Shown in pieces: positions 9,329-18,788 of a stretch of 64,000 nt of DNA. Made by a program: the position numbers and the translations under genes. Each line of letters starts with the position of its first letter. The first letter of the stretch is position 1. The DNA lies in IMG/VR virus record IMGVR_UViG_3300031555_003603, positions 1 through 64,000 of that record; one strand, written 5' to 3'. Under the pieces are notes generated by a model. That model made no database searches. It saw only the letters and a list, made by a program, of their open reading frames with translations, and was not told the origin of the DNA. The stretch is from a virus.

Positions 9329-10027
9329 ATGAGTGTTTATGCGGTTACCGACCTTCACGGGTGTTGGACGTAATGGAACTCTATAAGAAATTTTCTCAAA
9401 GAAGACGATAAACTATTTGTTTTAGGCGACTGTATTGACCGTGGAGACAGTGGTTTAGCAATTCTCCAAGAGGCACTAGATGACCCAAGATGTGTGGTTT
9501 TGTGCGGAAACCATGAAGATATGATGGCAGATGCGCTTGATGAAGAAGTTCGTTATGGGTATTCTGACTATTGGATTTGGCGCTGGTTTCAGAATGGCGG
9601 TCGTACTACTTATGACCAATGGCAAGAGGCTGGCATGGATTTTAGTTGGATTGGTAAAATCAAAGGATTACCACTTTTTGCTGAATATACAAATACCCAA
9701 GGCGACCATATTCTTATGACACACAGCGGTAGAGTTCCAAGAAAAGGATATGAGAATTCGCCACAGTCCCGTAGATTATTATTATGGGATAGAGACCATC
9801 TGAGAGAAAGAAAGTGGCATCGTGAAGAAAATGAATTTATTGTTCATGGGCATACTCCAATTCTAATCATGCCTCAACTTGAAAGTAAAAATAGTAAAAT
9901 CGAACCAGGAGCATTTCACTATTGTGATGGACATAAAATCAATATTGATAATGCTGTTTATCATACTGGTAATATTTGTTTATTAGATTTAGATACTTTT
10001 GATGAACATATTTTTGGAGTTGATTAA
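9329..10027 (+). pseudogene. lambda-phosphatase/Pnkp-type binuclear metallophosphatase with local -1/+1 frame disturbance (in-frame TAA at 9371)
   Basis: Motifs DLHGC, GDCIDRG, GNHE, HG in frame; between HGC and EDDKLF the -1 frame reads LDVMELYKKFSQRR (phosphatase-like helix) whereas the gene frame reads WT*WNSIRNFL. Confidence 0.5.
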
Positions 10028-10029
10028 TT

Positions 10030-10290
10030 ATGGCTAAATATGAAACGCATGATTTTTATTGTTTGCGCTGTGGACGTGCTGGTGTTCCAGTAATGCGTAA
10101 ACTTGGTAAACAGCATGGAGAATTTCACAGAAAAAAATTATGGTGTCCTTACTGTAAGATGGAACTCAATCATATGGAAATTAGAAACCAACAGGAAAAA
10201 GAGATTTTTATGGAGGGATTCAATAATGGAGAATACAAAGAAGAAGCAAACGAAAGTGTTTGTCATGTGCGGGCCTGCTGGTTCGGGTAA
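10030..10290 (+). CDS. zinc-ribbon protein
   Basis: CLRCG...CPYCK; overlaps kinase gene start. Confidence 0.4.
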   Translation: MAKYETHDFYCLRCGRAGVPVMRKLGKQHGEFHRKKLWCPYCKMELNHMEIRNQQEKEIFMEGFNNGEYKEEANESVCHVRACWFG

Positions 10291-10738
10291 ATCCACTTGG
10301 CTTATCAAACAGATGAAGCCCAAAACCGATATTTGTATTTCTCGTGATAATATCCGATTTGGTTTATTGAAAGAGGGAGAAGATTATTTCGCTCATGAAA
10401 ATGATGTCAAAGAAATCTTTTATAATTCAATTGCCAACAATACCTCTGCCTCTTATTGGGAAAATATTTATATTGATGCCACTCATTTGAATCCAAAAGC
10501 AAGAAGAGCTACAATGTGGAACATTAGTAAGTATTGCTCTGTGGTGGCAGTTAGTTTCGAAGTGCCAGCTAAAGTGGCAATTGAACGCAATAAAAAGCGT
10601 TCTGGATTGGCTCGAGTTCCCGATAATGTAATCTGGAATATGAAAAGCCGCTATAAAATTCCTTCTCTAGATGAAGGATTTGATGAAATTTGGCATATTG
10701 ACGCTGAAGGTGTAATTAGAAAGGAGGTAAAAGAATGA
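10226..10738 (+). CDS. polynucleotide 5'-kinase (P-loop kinase)
   Basis: Walker A VFVMCGPAGSGKST immediately after start; GGAGGG RBS 8 nt upstream of ATG 10226. Confidence 0.55.
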   Translation: MENTKKKQTKVFVMCGPAGSGKSTWLIKQMKPKTDICISRDNIRFGLLKEGEDYFAHENDVKEIFYNSIANNTSASYWENIYIDATHLNPKARRATMWNISKYCSVVAVSFEVPAKVAIERNKKRSGLARVPDNVIWNMKSRYKIPSLDEGFDEIWHIDAEGVIRKEVKE

Positions 10739-11448
10739 GTAAAATTTTTGTAAGTTCTGATTATCATTTCAATCATGATAGAGAATTTATTTGGAAAGCC
10801 CGTGGATTCAATTCTGTTGATGAAATGAATGAAGCTATTATTACTAACCATAACTCGGTAGTTGGACCGGAAGATGATGTTTATATTCTTGGCGATATTT
10901 GCCTGGGTGGCGGAGTGCCCGGTATTACCGCCAAAAATCAAGCTCTTATTGAACGACTAAATGGTCGTATTCATATCATTCTTGGTAATCATGATACTCC
11001 TACCCGTCAAGAAATGTATGCCCTGTGCAAAAATGTATATAGTATCAAATATGCTGATATGTTTTGTTATCATGGTTATCATTTTTATCTATCTCATTTT
11101 CCTACTATCACTTCCAATTTGGAAAAAGAAACACTAAAGCAATGTACTATTTGTTTGTTCGGACATACCCATCAAAATAATAACTTCTTTATGGATATGC
11201 CTTTTATGTATCACGTCGGAGTAGATTCTCACAATTGCATTCCCGTCCTTTTAGATGATGCCATTGAAGATATGAAAACAAAGGTAAAAGAGTGCTTAAA
11301 TACTATTTAGCCTTTTATTGTATCCTTTCCACAAAAGCATTTGGGATGCGAAAAATGCGTATATGAATATAAATGTTATGACGCTCAATTTAATAGGCGT
11401 TGTAATAATTATAAAAAAGACCCACCTGATGGAGGATATTATGGATAA
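10735..11448 (+). CDS. calcineurin-like metallophosphoesterase with Cys-rich C-terminal extension read through TAG at 11308
   Basis: DYHFNH, GD, GNHD motifs; with TAG=Gln the frame continues 46 codons to TAA 11446-11448, abutting the RBS of the next gene; no terminator/promoter in 11311-11448. Confidence 0.45.
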
Positions 11449-11462
11449 AGGAGTGAAAAACA

Positions 11463-11732
11463 ATGAGTCATGCAATTAGGTATATTGATTATCATTGTTC
11501 TGTAAGCGAACACGCAATTCTTAAAGACATTGGAAGATTTGCTTATGACCCACAAGAAACTTCTGGTTATCATGGTAATATGAAGTTCCACAGAGAACCT
11601 GTATATAAGAACCGTGATGAAGCTGAAGCCGCAATTGAAAAGCTAGATAACGGCTGGTATGATGACCACGCTGTTATGTATCGAGAAGGCAGAAAGAAAT
11701 TCTGGCTCGTGAAAGTGGAGTGGCATTGCTAA
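11463..11732 (+). CDS. hypothetical protein
   Basis: AAAGGAG RBS. Confidence 0.5.
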   Translation: MSHAIRYIDYHCSVSEHAILKDIGRFAYDPQETSGYHGNMKFHREPVYKNRDEAEAAIEKLDNGWYDDHAVMYREGRKKFWLVKVEWHC

Positions 11733-12007
11733 TGGATGAAGTTTAGAAAAAAGTTGATGAATTGGCAGTTATTGCCAATGAACTATGGGCAAGAGAATTT
11801 TCAAATAATTGTCCTACTACAAGTCTTCGTGGTATAAGTTGGGATGAACTTTGTAATAAAGTTATTATTTTAGCTTTATCAATCAAAGCTTTTCAAGCTT
11901 CTGAAATGGATATTGAAATTAGAACTGATGATGAACACTATGGATATTATGATAATATTAATAGTGCTATATCAGACCTAATTCATATAGAAAAACTTTA
12001 CAATTAA
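11732..12007 (+). CDS. hypothetical protein (ATG 11732 overlapping upstream TAA; TAG as 5th codon)
   Basis: TAATG overlap; MDEVQKKVDELAVIANELWAREF... Confidence 0.45.
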
Positions 12008-12030
12008 ATATAACAAAGCGAGGAAAATAA

Positions 12031-12231
12031 ATGAGTAGAAAAGAAAAGAAAATTATTTCTTATGCTATTACATTAGGAATATTCTTTATTCCTATATTTA
12101 TCATTTTATTCTTTCCTGCTTTTGGTATTATCTTAACCCTAGGCGGTATTCTTGTATGGCGTTGTTGGGATAAAATTACCGATATTGCCAAAAGAATACA
12201 TAAATTAATTTATAAAACAGAAATGTATTAA
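12031..12231 (+). CDS. small membrane protein
   Basis: Two TM helices. Confidence 0.5.
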   Translation: MSRKEKKIISYAITLGIFFIPIFIILFFPAFGIILTLGGILVWRCWDKITDIAKRIHKLIYKTEMY

Positions 12232-12249
12232 TAAAAAGGAGAAAATAAA

Positions 12250-13773
12250 ATGCCCCAATTTTTGATGCCCGTTTTAACAACTGGCGGTATCGTAATCGCC
12301 GCAATCATCCTGTGCGTTATCCTCTTCAAGTCCTTTTGGAAAGTTGCTGGAACCAATGAAGTCCTTATTGTTTCTGGCCTTGGCAGGGTAAAAACTAAGA
12401 CCGGTGGCGGTATCTTTGTTCTTCCCATTGTTCAAAAGACACAACGAATGACCCTGGAAAACATTCAGGTTGACTTTACTTCCCGTAACGAAATTCCCAC
12501 AAAAGACGCCATTCATGTTCTAGTCGATGCGGTTGCCAATATGGCTATCTCTACTGACCCTGAACGCCAGAAAGTTGCGGCAAGTAAGTTCGCTGGATAT
12601 TCTATTCAGCAAATTCGTGATATTGTTATTCCTGTTCTGGAAGGTAATATTCGTGAAATTATTTCTCAAACCCAGTTCGAAGACCTTATTCGTGGAGATA
12701 AGAAAGCTTTCTCTGAACTGGTTATGGAAAATGTTACTCCCAACCTAGCAGACCTTGGTATTGACCTAACCACCTTCAATATTCAGAACTTCTCTGATAA
12801 GAATGGTGTTATTCAGGACCTTGGTATTGAAAACATCGAAAAAATTAAGAAAGAGGCCCAGATTGCGGCCGCAACTGCAAAGTCTGAAGTTGCTATCGCA
12901 CAGGCTAATGCCAATAAACTTGCTAATGAGGCCGAGGTAGCTGCCGCTACTGAAATTGCACAAAAGCAAACCGAATATGCTATTCGCAAAGCTGAGCTCC
13001 AGGAGCAGGCGGATACAGCTCAAGCCAAAGCTGATGCCGCTAAGGCCATCGAGGCAGAAAATCAGCGTAAAGCTCGTGAAATCGCTGAGGCAAACGCAAA
13101 CCTGGCTCGTCAGGAAAAGGCTATTGAACTACAGGAGCGCGAAGTTGCTATCCAAGAGCGTAAGCTAGAAGCAGAAGTAAAGAAGACTGCTGAGGCCAAG
13201 AAATACGCGGAGGCCCAAGCTGCTGATGCTAAGGCTTACGCCGCACAGAAGGCTGCGGAAGCTGAGCTGTACGAGCGTGAGCGTCAAGCTGAGGCTGCTC
13301 GTATTGAGGCTGAGAAGAAGGCTGCGGCAGACCTTGCTTTGGCTACCGCACAGGCAGAGTCCCAAAAGAAGTTGGCTGAGGCTATCGAGGCCGAAGGTAA
13401 GGCTCGTGCGGCCGCTGCTGAAGCGGAAGGTTTGGCCCGTGCAAAGGCTATTCAGGCTGAAGCCGAGGCTGAAGCAAAGGGTATGCTGGAGAAGGCTGAA
13501 GCTCTGAAGCAGTACGGCGACGCTGCCCGTCAGCAGATGGAACTGGAAGCCACCAAGGTCCTATACGAGCAACTGCCTAAGATTGCCGAAGCAATCGGTA
13601 AGGGTTATAATGGCGCTAACATCCACTTGATTGGTAACGATTCCGGTCAGCTGGCTGGCAACATGATGGGCAATATTACCCAAATCATTGAAGCCTTCAA
13701 GGGCTCTACTGGTATTGACCCTACTGCTGTTATTAGCGGTATGTTAGGCGCAAAAATCTCTGAAAACCAGTAA
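12250..13773 (+). CDS. flotillin-like SPFH/band-7 protein with long EA-rich coiled coil
   Basis: N-terminal TM helix, SPFH core, ~200 aa of A/E/K/Q repeats typical of flotillin (YqiK/FloT-like), Gly-rich C-terminus; elevated GC and biased codon use. Confidence 0.7.
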   Translation: MPQFLMPVLTTGGIVIAAIILCVILFKSFWKVAGTNEVLIVSGLGRVKTKTGGGIFVLPIVQKTQRMTLENIQVDFTSRNEIPTKDAIHVLVDAVANMAISTDPERQKVAASKFAGYSIQQIRDIVIPVLEGNIREIISQTQFEDLIRGDKKAFSELVMENVTPNLADLGIDLTTFNIQNFSDKNGVIQDLGIENIEKIKKEAQIAAATAKSEVAIAQANANKLANEAEVAAATEIAQKQTEYAIRKAELQEQADTAQAKADAAKAIEAENQRKAREIAEANANLARQEKAIELQEREVAIQERKLEAEVKKTAEAKKYAEAQAADAKAYAAQKAAEAELYERERQAEAARIEAEKKAAADLALATAQAESQKKLAEAIEAEGKARAAAAEAEGLARAKAIQAEAEAEAKGMLEKAEALKQYGDAARQQMELEATKVLYEQLPKIAEAIGKGYNGANIHLIGNDSGQLAGNMMGNITQIIEAFKGSTGIDPTAVISGMLGAKISENQ

Positions 13774-13880
13774 ATAAAGAACTAAATATCTAGCCTCGCG
13801 GGAGTTTCCTGCGAGGCTATTAGTCGTTGTGTTGATTACCCTGAACGGTCGTAGTTCCAAATTCCGCCCGCTATAGGAAT

Positions 13881-13918
13881 TTTTGTAGGAAAAAGCTCGA
13901 GTTTGCTTTTTCCTATTT
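13881..13918 (+). terminator. rho-independent terminator
   Basis: aggaaaaagc-tcgagttt-gctttttcct + TTTTTTTT. Confidence 0.65.
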
Positions 13919-13964
13919 TTTTTGATATAATGACTCTATAAATAAACTCAAGGAGGAAAATTTA

Positions 13965-14402
13965 ATGATAAAATCAGTTAGAAGTGAATACGATGAAGAA
14001 TCAAGAATCACATATTGCTATATAAATGATGAAAAAGGTCGTATGTATGTTGGAATTGCTATATGCCACGAAGATGATATTGATATGCTAAGTTGGCGCA
14101 CTGGTGATGAAATCGCCTATAGACGTGCTAGAATGGATTATTTACGTGGGCGACGTGATTCCGAGCTAAAACCTCGTTTAGCCGCTCTAAAACAACTTTA
14201 TTATTCTATGAAACATAGTTCAAAATTCAATCCAAATTCTTATGAAAATTGTATGTTATAGAGACAGATTCGTCTTTTGGAATTTGACTTAGCTACAATA
14301 AAAGAGGAATTAGCTAATTCACAGAAATATTTGAAAGATTATATAAACGGAAAAGATAAAGTCTATAAACGCATTAGAGAACGCAATCAAGGACAAGAGT
14401 AA
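13965..14402 (+). CDS. hypothetical protein (TAG at 14259 read through)
   Basis: AAGGAGG RBS; frame continues from 14262 to TAA 14400-14402. Confidence 0.45.
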
Positions 14403-14461
14403 TTAAGAAAGGGCTTAGAATTTTTATATATTATGTAAAGAATTCTAAGGAGTGATTTCTG

Positions 14462-14692
14462 TTGGAACAATTTATTTTAGGCATGCTTATGGTTCAAACT
14501 TTTTTCCCTTTGGTTGATGGCATTACATCAGTTATATTATCTGGACTTGAAGCTATAAAAGGTTATTTCGGCATGAAAATTGCTGAATATAATCATAGAA
14601 TACGAGAACTAAGTTCAGAAGAACCAGATGTTAAAAATTCAATAGGTTTTTCATATAATAACCAGGAGGAAGAAGAGGATGAATAGGTATAA
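14462..14692 (+). CDS. small hydrophobic protein (TTG start; terminal TAG read through to TAA)
   Basis: TAAGGAG RBS 6 nt upstream of TTG. Confidence 0.25.
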
Positions 14693-15929
14693 ATTTTATG
14701 ATACAAGCAGTTTATTATTACTTTCCGATGAAGAGTTGAAAGAAGAATTTATAATTTCTTCTATCACTCTAGCTGAATTAGAAAGTATAAAAACTTCTCA
14801 CTCAAAAGATTACGAAACCAAGGCGGCCGCTAGAAATGTATTACACCAATTATTTGAAAATCAAGGTAAATATAAGGTGGTTATTTATCAACCTGCCTTT
14901 TTAAATTTATTAGATGGATATGAATTTGAAATCAATAATGATATTCGTATTTTGGCATCTGCGCTTTGGGCAGACCAAAATATTGCGCCAGATGATATTA
15001 CTTTTATAACTAATGATTTAGCTTTAAGTAATATTGCTAATTTATTTTTTGGAAATGATAGTATCGATTATATAACTACAAAAGAAGACAATTATAGTGG
15101 TTATAAAGAAATACGTATGAATCAAAATGAAATGGTAGCTTTTTATATGGAGCCCAATGATAATTGTTTTAATTTGCTGCCAAATGAATATCTTATTATT
15201 TATGAATCTGAAACTGGTAACATAGTAGATAGACTTTGTTGGACAGGAACTGAATATCGTCATTTAAATTATAATAATTTTAAATCAAAATGGTTTGGCG
15301 ACGTTCGTCCAATGTCTGGGGATACATATCAAATGATGGCGGCTGATAGTCTAATGAATAATTAGATTACCATGTTAAAAGGACCCGCTGGAACTGGTAA
15401 AACTTATTTAGCACTTGCTTATTTGCTTCATAAGCTTGACCGTAATAAAATCGATAAAATTATTGTATTTTGTAATACAGTAGCTACAAAAGGTTCGGCT
15501 AAGCTTGGATATTTACCCGGCTCTCGTGATGAAAAATTACTTGATTCTCAAATTGGCAATCTACTTTCAAGTAAATTAGGGGATAGAACTGAAGTAGAGC
15601 GTATGATAGAAGATGGTAAACTACTGTTGCTGCCAATGTCTGATATTCGAGGATATGATACTAGTGGAATGAAAGCAGGCATTTATATTTCTGAGGCACA
15701 AAATATGGATATTTCGCTAATGAAACTTGCTCTTCAACGCATTGGAGAAGATAGTATTTGTATTATTGATGGTGACCCATTAACTCAGGTTGATGATAAT
15801 AGCTTTGCTGGTAATAATAATGGCATGCGCCGTGCTTCACAAGTATTTCGTGGAAACGATATATATGGTGAAGTAGAATTAAAAACAATTCATAGAAGTA
15901 AAATTGCTAATATTGCTCAAAAAATGTGA
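14679..15929 (+). CDS. phoH: PhoH-like ATPase with N-terminal PIN domain (YlaK-like); TAG at 15363 at the domain junction
   Basis: ORF-track 14679..15365 and 15372..15929 share a frame; Walker A GPAGTGKT follows the TAG. Confidence 0.65.
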
Positions 15930-15975
15930 GTAGAAAATTTTCTACTCACATTTTTTATATAAGGAGGGAAAAAAT

Positions 15976-17646
15976 ATGAATGGAATTATAAAAACAAATA
16001 TAGATTTAGTTAATGCAGCAGTTGAAGTTGCAAAAAATTATAAAACCCTATATGTAAATGGTTGCTTTGGAGCGCCAATGAACGATGGAAATAAACAATA
16101 TTTTTGTAATAATACATCATATAATAAAAGACCAGAACGCACTCAAATGATTATGAATGCCAGTTCTGACACTTTTGGATTTGATTGTGTTTGTTTTATA
16201 AAAGGATTGTTATGGGGTTGGAAAGGTGATATTAATCATCCATAGGGTGGAGCCAAATATCAAAGTAATGGTGTACCTGATATTACCGAATCTGGAATGT
16301 TAAATGTATGTACTAATATTAGTAATGATTTTAATAATATAGAAGTTGGAGAATATTTATGGATGCAAGGACATTGTGGCATTTATATAGGAAATGGGCT
16401 TGCTGTTGAATGTACTCCCGCTTGGAGTAATAATGTACAAATCACAGCATGTAATAGAAATGTTGCCGGATATAATCGACGCAATTGGACAAAACATGGT
16501 AAATTACCATATATCTCATATACTCCAGTAGAACTCAAACCATATACCCAAGAAGATTTTATTAAAGACATATAGAGCATTCTCGGAGTTCCAGTTACTG
16601 GAAAATGTGATGATGAGACTCTAAATAAAACTATAACCGTTTCTGAGTTTGTAAATAATAGACATGCTATTGTTGCTCCTATACAAAAATATTTATATAG
16701 TTTAGGATATACTTCCGTTGGTAGTGCCGATGGAGAAGCTGGTCCTAAATTCACTCAGGCAGTAAAAGATTATTAGAAATCTTTTGGTGGAGAAGCTGAT
16801 GGAGAAGTTACTGCTAAAGAAACCACTTGGAAAAAATTATTAAATTATGTTCCAACTCATGTTTGTAATTTTGTACCTAAAATTACAAAACAAGCTAGCT
16901 GTACTGAAAAAGGAATTCAAACTTATTCATGTTCATGTGGAAAATCTTATACAAAAGAAATTCCAATGCTTAATCATAATTATAATTAGAAGATTATTGC
17001 ACCGACCTGTGAAAATGATGGATATACTAATAACACTTGCGTCCGTTGTGGTCATAGTTTTAATAATAATATAATTCAAGCAACTGGACATAATTATATT
17101 ACAACCACAATAGAACCTACTTATGAAACAGAGGGTTACGATTTACATATTTGTCAAATATGTAACAATAATTATAAAGATAACATAATTAACCCCCTAT
17201 AGAAAGAAGAACCAGAAATTACACCTGAGCCTCGGCCTATAGTTCCTGAGCCAGTATTAAAAGATAATTGGGAAATAAATGATGAGGCTAAAATTATAGC
17301 CGGTGCCCGTTTTGTAACTGGTAAAGAAATTTTATCATGGATTGTAAAAAATAAAGTTTATATTAGAGATTTGAGAGAGCATGATTCAGCTGTTATCTCT
17401 ACTCAAAAAGTAGGACCTATTACAGGAGCAGTTTATTTAAAAGATTTATTACCCTATAGTGATAAATTATATGATATTAGTATTACCGCAAATCTTCTAA
17501 ATGTAAGAGAAAATCCGAACACTAATTCAAAAATTATAAATCAAATTAAAAAAGATACAAAACACACAATTATTGAAGAATAGGGCGAATGGGGACATAT
17601 TGCAAATTCCGGTTGGATTATGCTTCAATATACAAGAAAGGTATGA
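15976..17646 (+). CDS. multidomain endolysin: NlpC/P60 peptidase + PG_binding_1 + Cys-rich repeats + SH3b; 6 in-frame TAG
   Basis: GFDCVCF (Cys) and QGHCGIYIG (His) NlpC/P60 motifs; AVKDYQKSFGGEADGEV is the PG_binding_1 signature and its conserved Gln is encoded by TAG; repeated C-x-C-G zinc-ribbon-like modules; SH3b-like GEWGHIANSGWIMLQY; ends TGA 17644-17646. Confidence 0.6.
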
Positions 17647-17650
17647 TTTT

Positions 17651-17944
17651 ATGAATAAACAAAATCAAGGTCTTGAATTTTCTAAAATTTTACTTATCCA
17701 AGAGTCTATACTAATATGGGTTATGACTATTTATTTTATGTATTTAGCATACTTATGCATAGTTAATCAATATTTTGGTGAACTTCCATGGCTTGCTGCT
17801 ATGGTCGGATTCCCATGGACTGCATATGGAGTAAGTCAAATGTACTATTATAAAAAATCAATGAAAGAAAATTCTAAAAATGGAATAAAATACGAAGCTG
17901 TTATGGCTGATATTACTAAAGGCCACCCAACAGCTGAAGGTTAA
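17651..17944 (+). CDS. holin-like small membrane protein
   Basis: Two TM helices with charged C-terminus, directly downstream of endolysin. Confidence 0.45.
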   Translation: MNKQNQGLEFSKILLIQESILIWVMTIYFMYLAYLCIVNQYFGELPWLAAMVGFPWTAYGVSQMYYYKKSMKENSKNGIKYEAVMADITKGHPTAEG

Positions 17945-17947
17945 TTT

Positions 17948-17995
17948 AAAACCTCCAAACAAGAATAAAAGGCTTGTTTGGAGGTTTTTTCTTTT
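17948..17995 (+). terminator. rho-independent terminator
   Basis: aaacctccaaacaag...cttgtttggaggttt + TTTTCTTTT. Confidence 0.75.
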
Positions 17996-18022
17996 GACTT
18001 TTTTTAAAAAATAATGTATAAT
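17994..18022 (+). promoter_or_regulatory. sigma70-like promoter with extended -10 (TTGACT-N17-TGTATAAT)
   Basis: Motif instance. Confidence 0.6.
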
Positions 18023-18052
18023 ATTTATATATAAAATAAAATGAGGTGAAAT

Positions 18053-18274
18053 ATGGAAAATTTGATTGTTTAGATAAGTCATTTGCCTGTTTCTTCCGAA
18101 GATATTATTATTTTAACCTTTGGCGCAAATTACGGTTTTGATGAATTAAATGAGATAATGAAAAATATCGAATCGCGTTTTCCTCAATATAAATTTGTAG
18201 CCAATTTAGAAGGTTTAATAAAAAATATTACCGTATTGAAACATGATGAACCTTTGATAATAACTCTTGATTAA
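18053..18274 (+). CDS. hypothetical protein (TAG as 7th codon)
   Basis: GAGGTG RBS. Confidence 0.4.
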
Positions 18275-18284
18275 GGAGCACAAT

Positions 18285-18788
18285 GTGATAATTTATACTG
18301 ACGGAAGCGCACATCCAAACCCCGGACCGGGTGGTTTTGGGGTGATAGTACTTGACAAAGATAAAAATTTTTGTAATAATAATTATAGTTTAGTTGAAGT
18401 ATATACTAAACAATTTGATAAAACTACTAATAATATATGTGAATTAAAAGCTATATTATATGGTTTTTTAAAATATGGAGTAAATATAAATAATAAGGAG
18501 TTTGCTGAAATTCCAGTTGTATATAGTGATTCCGCCTATGCTATAAATACTTTTGAAAATTGGATGTTCTCTTGGGCCAATAATGGTTGGCGCAAGAGTG
18601 ATAAAAAAATACCAGAAAATTTAGAAATTATTCAAGCCTACTATGATTGGTATCAAAAAGGTTATAGAATTGAACTTCGTAAAGTAAAAGGGCATAGTGG
18701 TAATAAATGGAATGAATATGCTGATAAGCTTGCTACTGGAAAATTAACTCCGGAAGAAATTATAGAATTGGAGAAAATAAATGGCTGA
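18285..18788 (+). CDS. rnhA: ribonuclease H
   Basis: IIYTDGSA...ELKA...YSDSAYAIN...KVKGHSGNKWNEYADKLA; GTG start after AAGGAG. Confidence 0.7.
   Translation: MIIYTDGSAHPNPGPGGFGVIVLDKDKNFCNNNYSLVEVYTKQFDKTTNNICELKAILYGFLKYGVNINNKEFAEIPVVYSDSAYAINTFENWMFSWANNGWRKSDKKIPENLEIIQAYYDWYQKGYRIELRKVKGHSGNKWNEYADKLATGKLTPEEIIELEKING

Noticed and set aside
10103-10738. ORF-track start 10103 for the kinase gene.
   Set aside because: The Walker A motif follows ATG 10226, which has a GGAGGG RBS. The longer form would overlap the upstream zinc-ribbon gene by about 190 nt.
13774-13964. tRNA gene, including a possible suppressor, in the intergenic spacer.
   Set aside because: There is no acceptable cloverleaf. 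The T-loop-like string ttccaaattcc lacks flanking GC stems and D-arm features.
1848-17646. The possibility that TGA (Trp) or TAA is also reassigned.
   Set aside because: TGA and TAA terminate many genes with canonical ATGA/TAATG overlaps and RBS-abutting ends. Only two isolated in-frame cases exist (1848 TGA, 9371 TAA). These are better explained as mutation, error or local frameshift.
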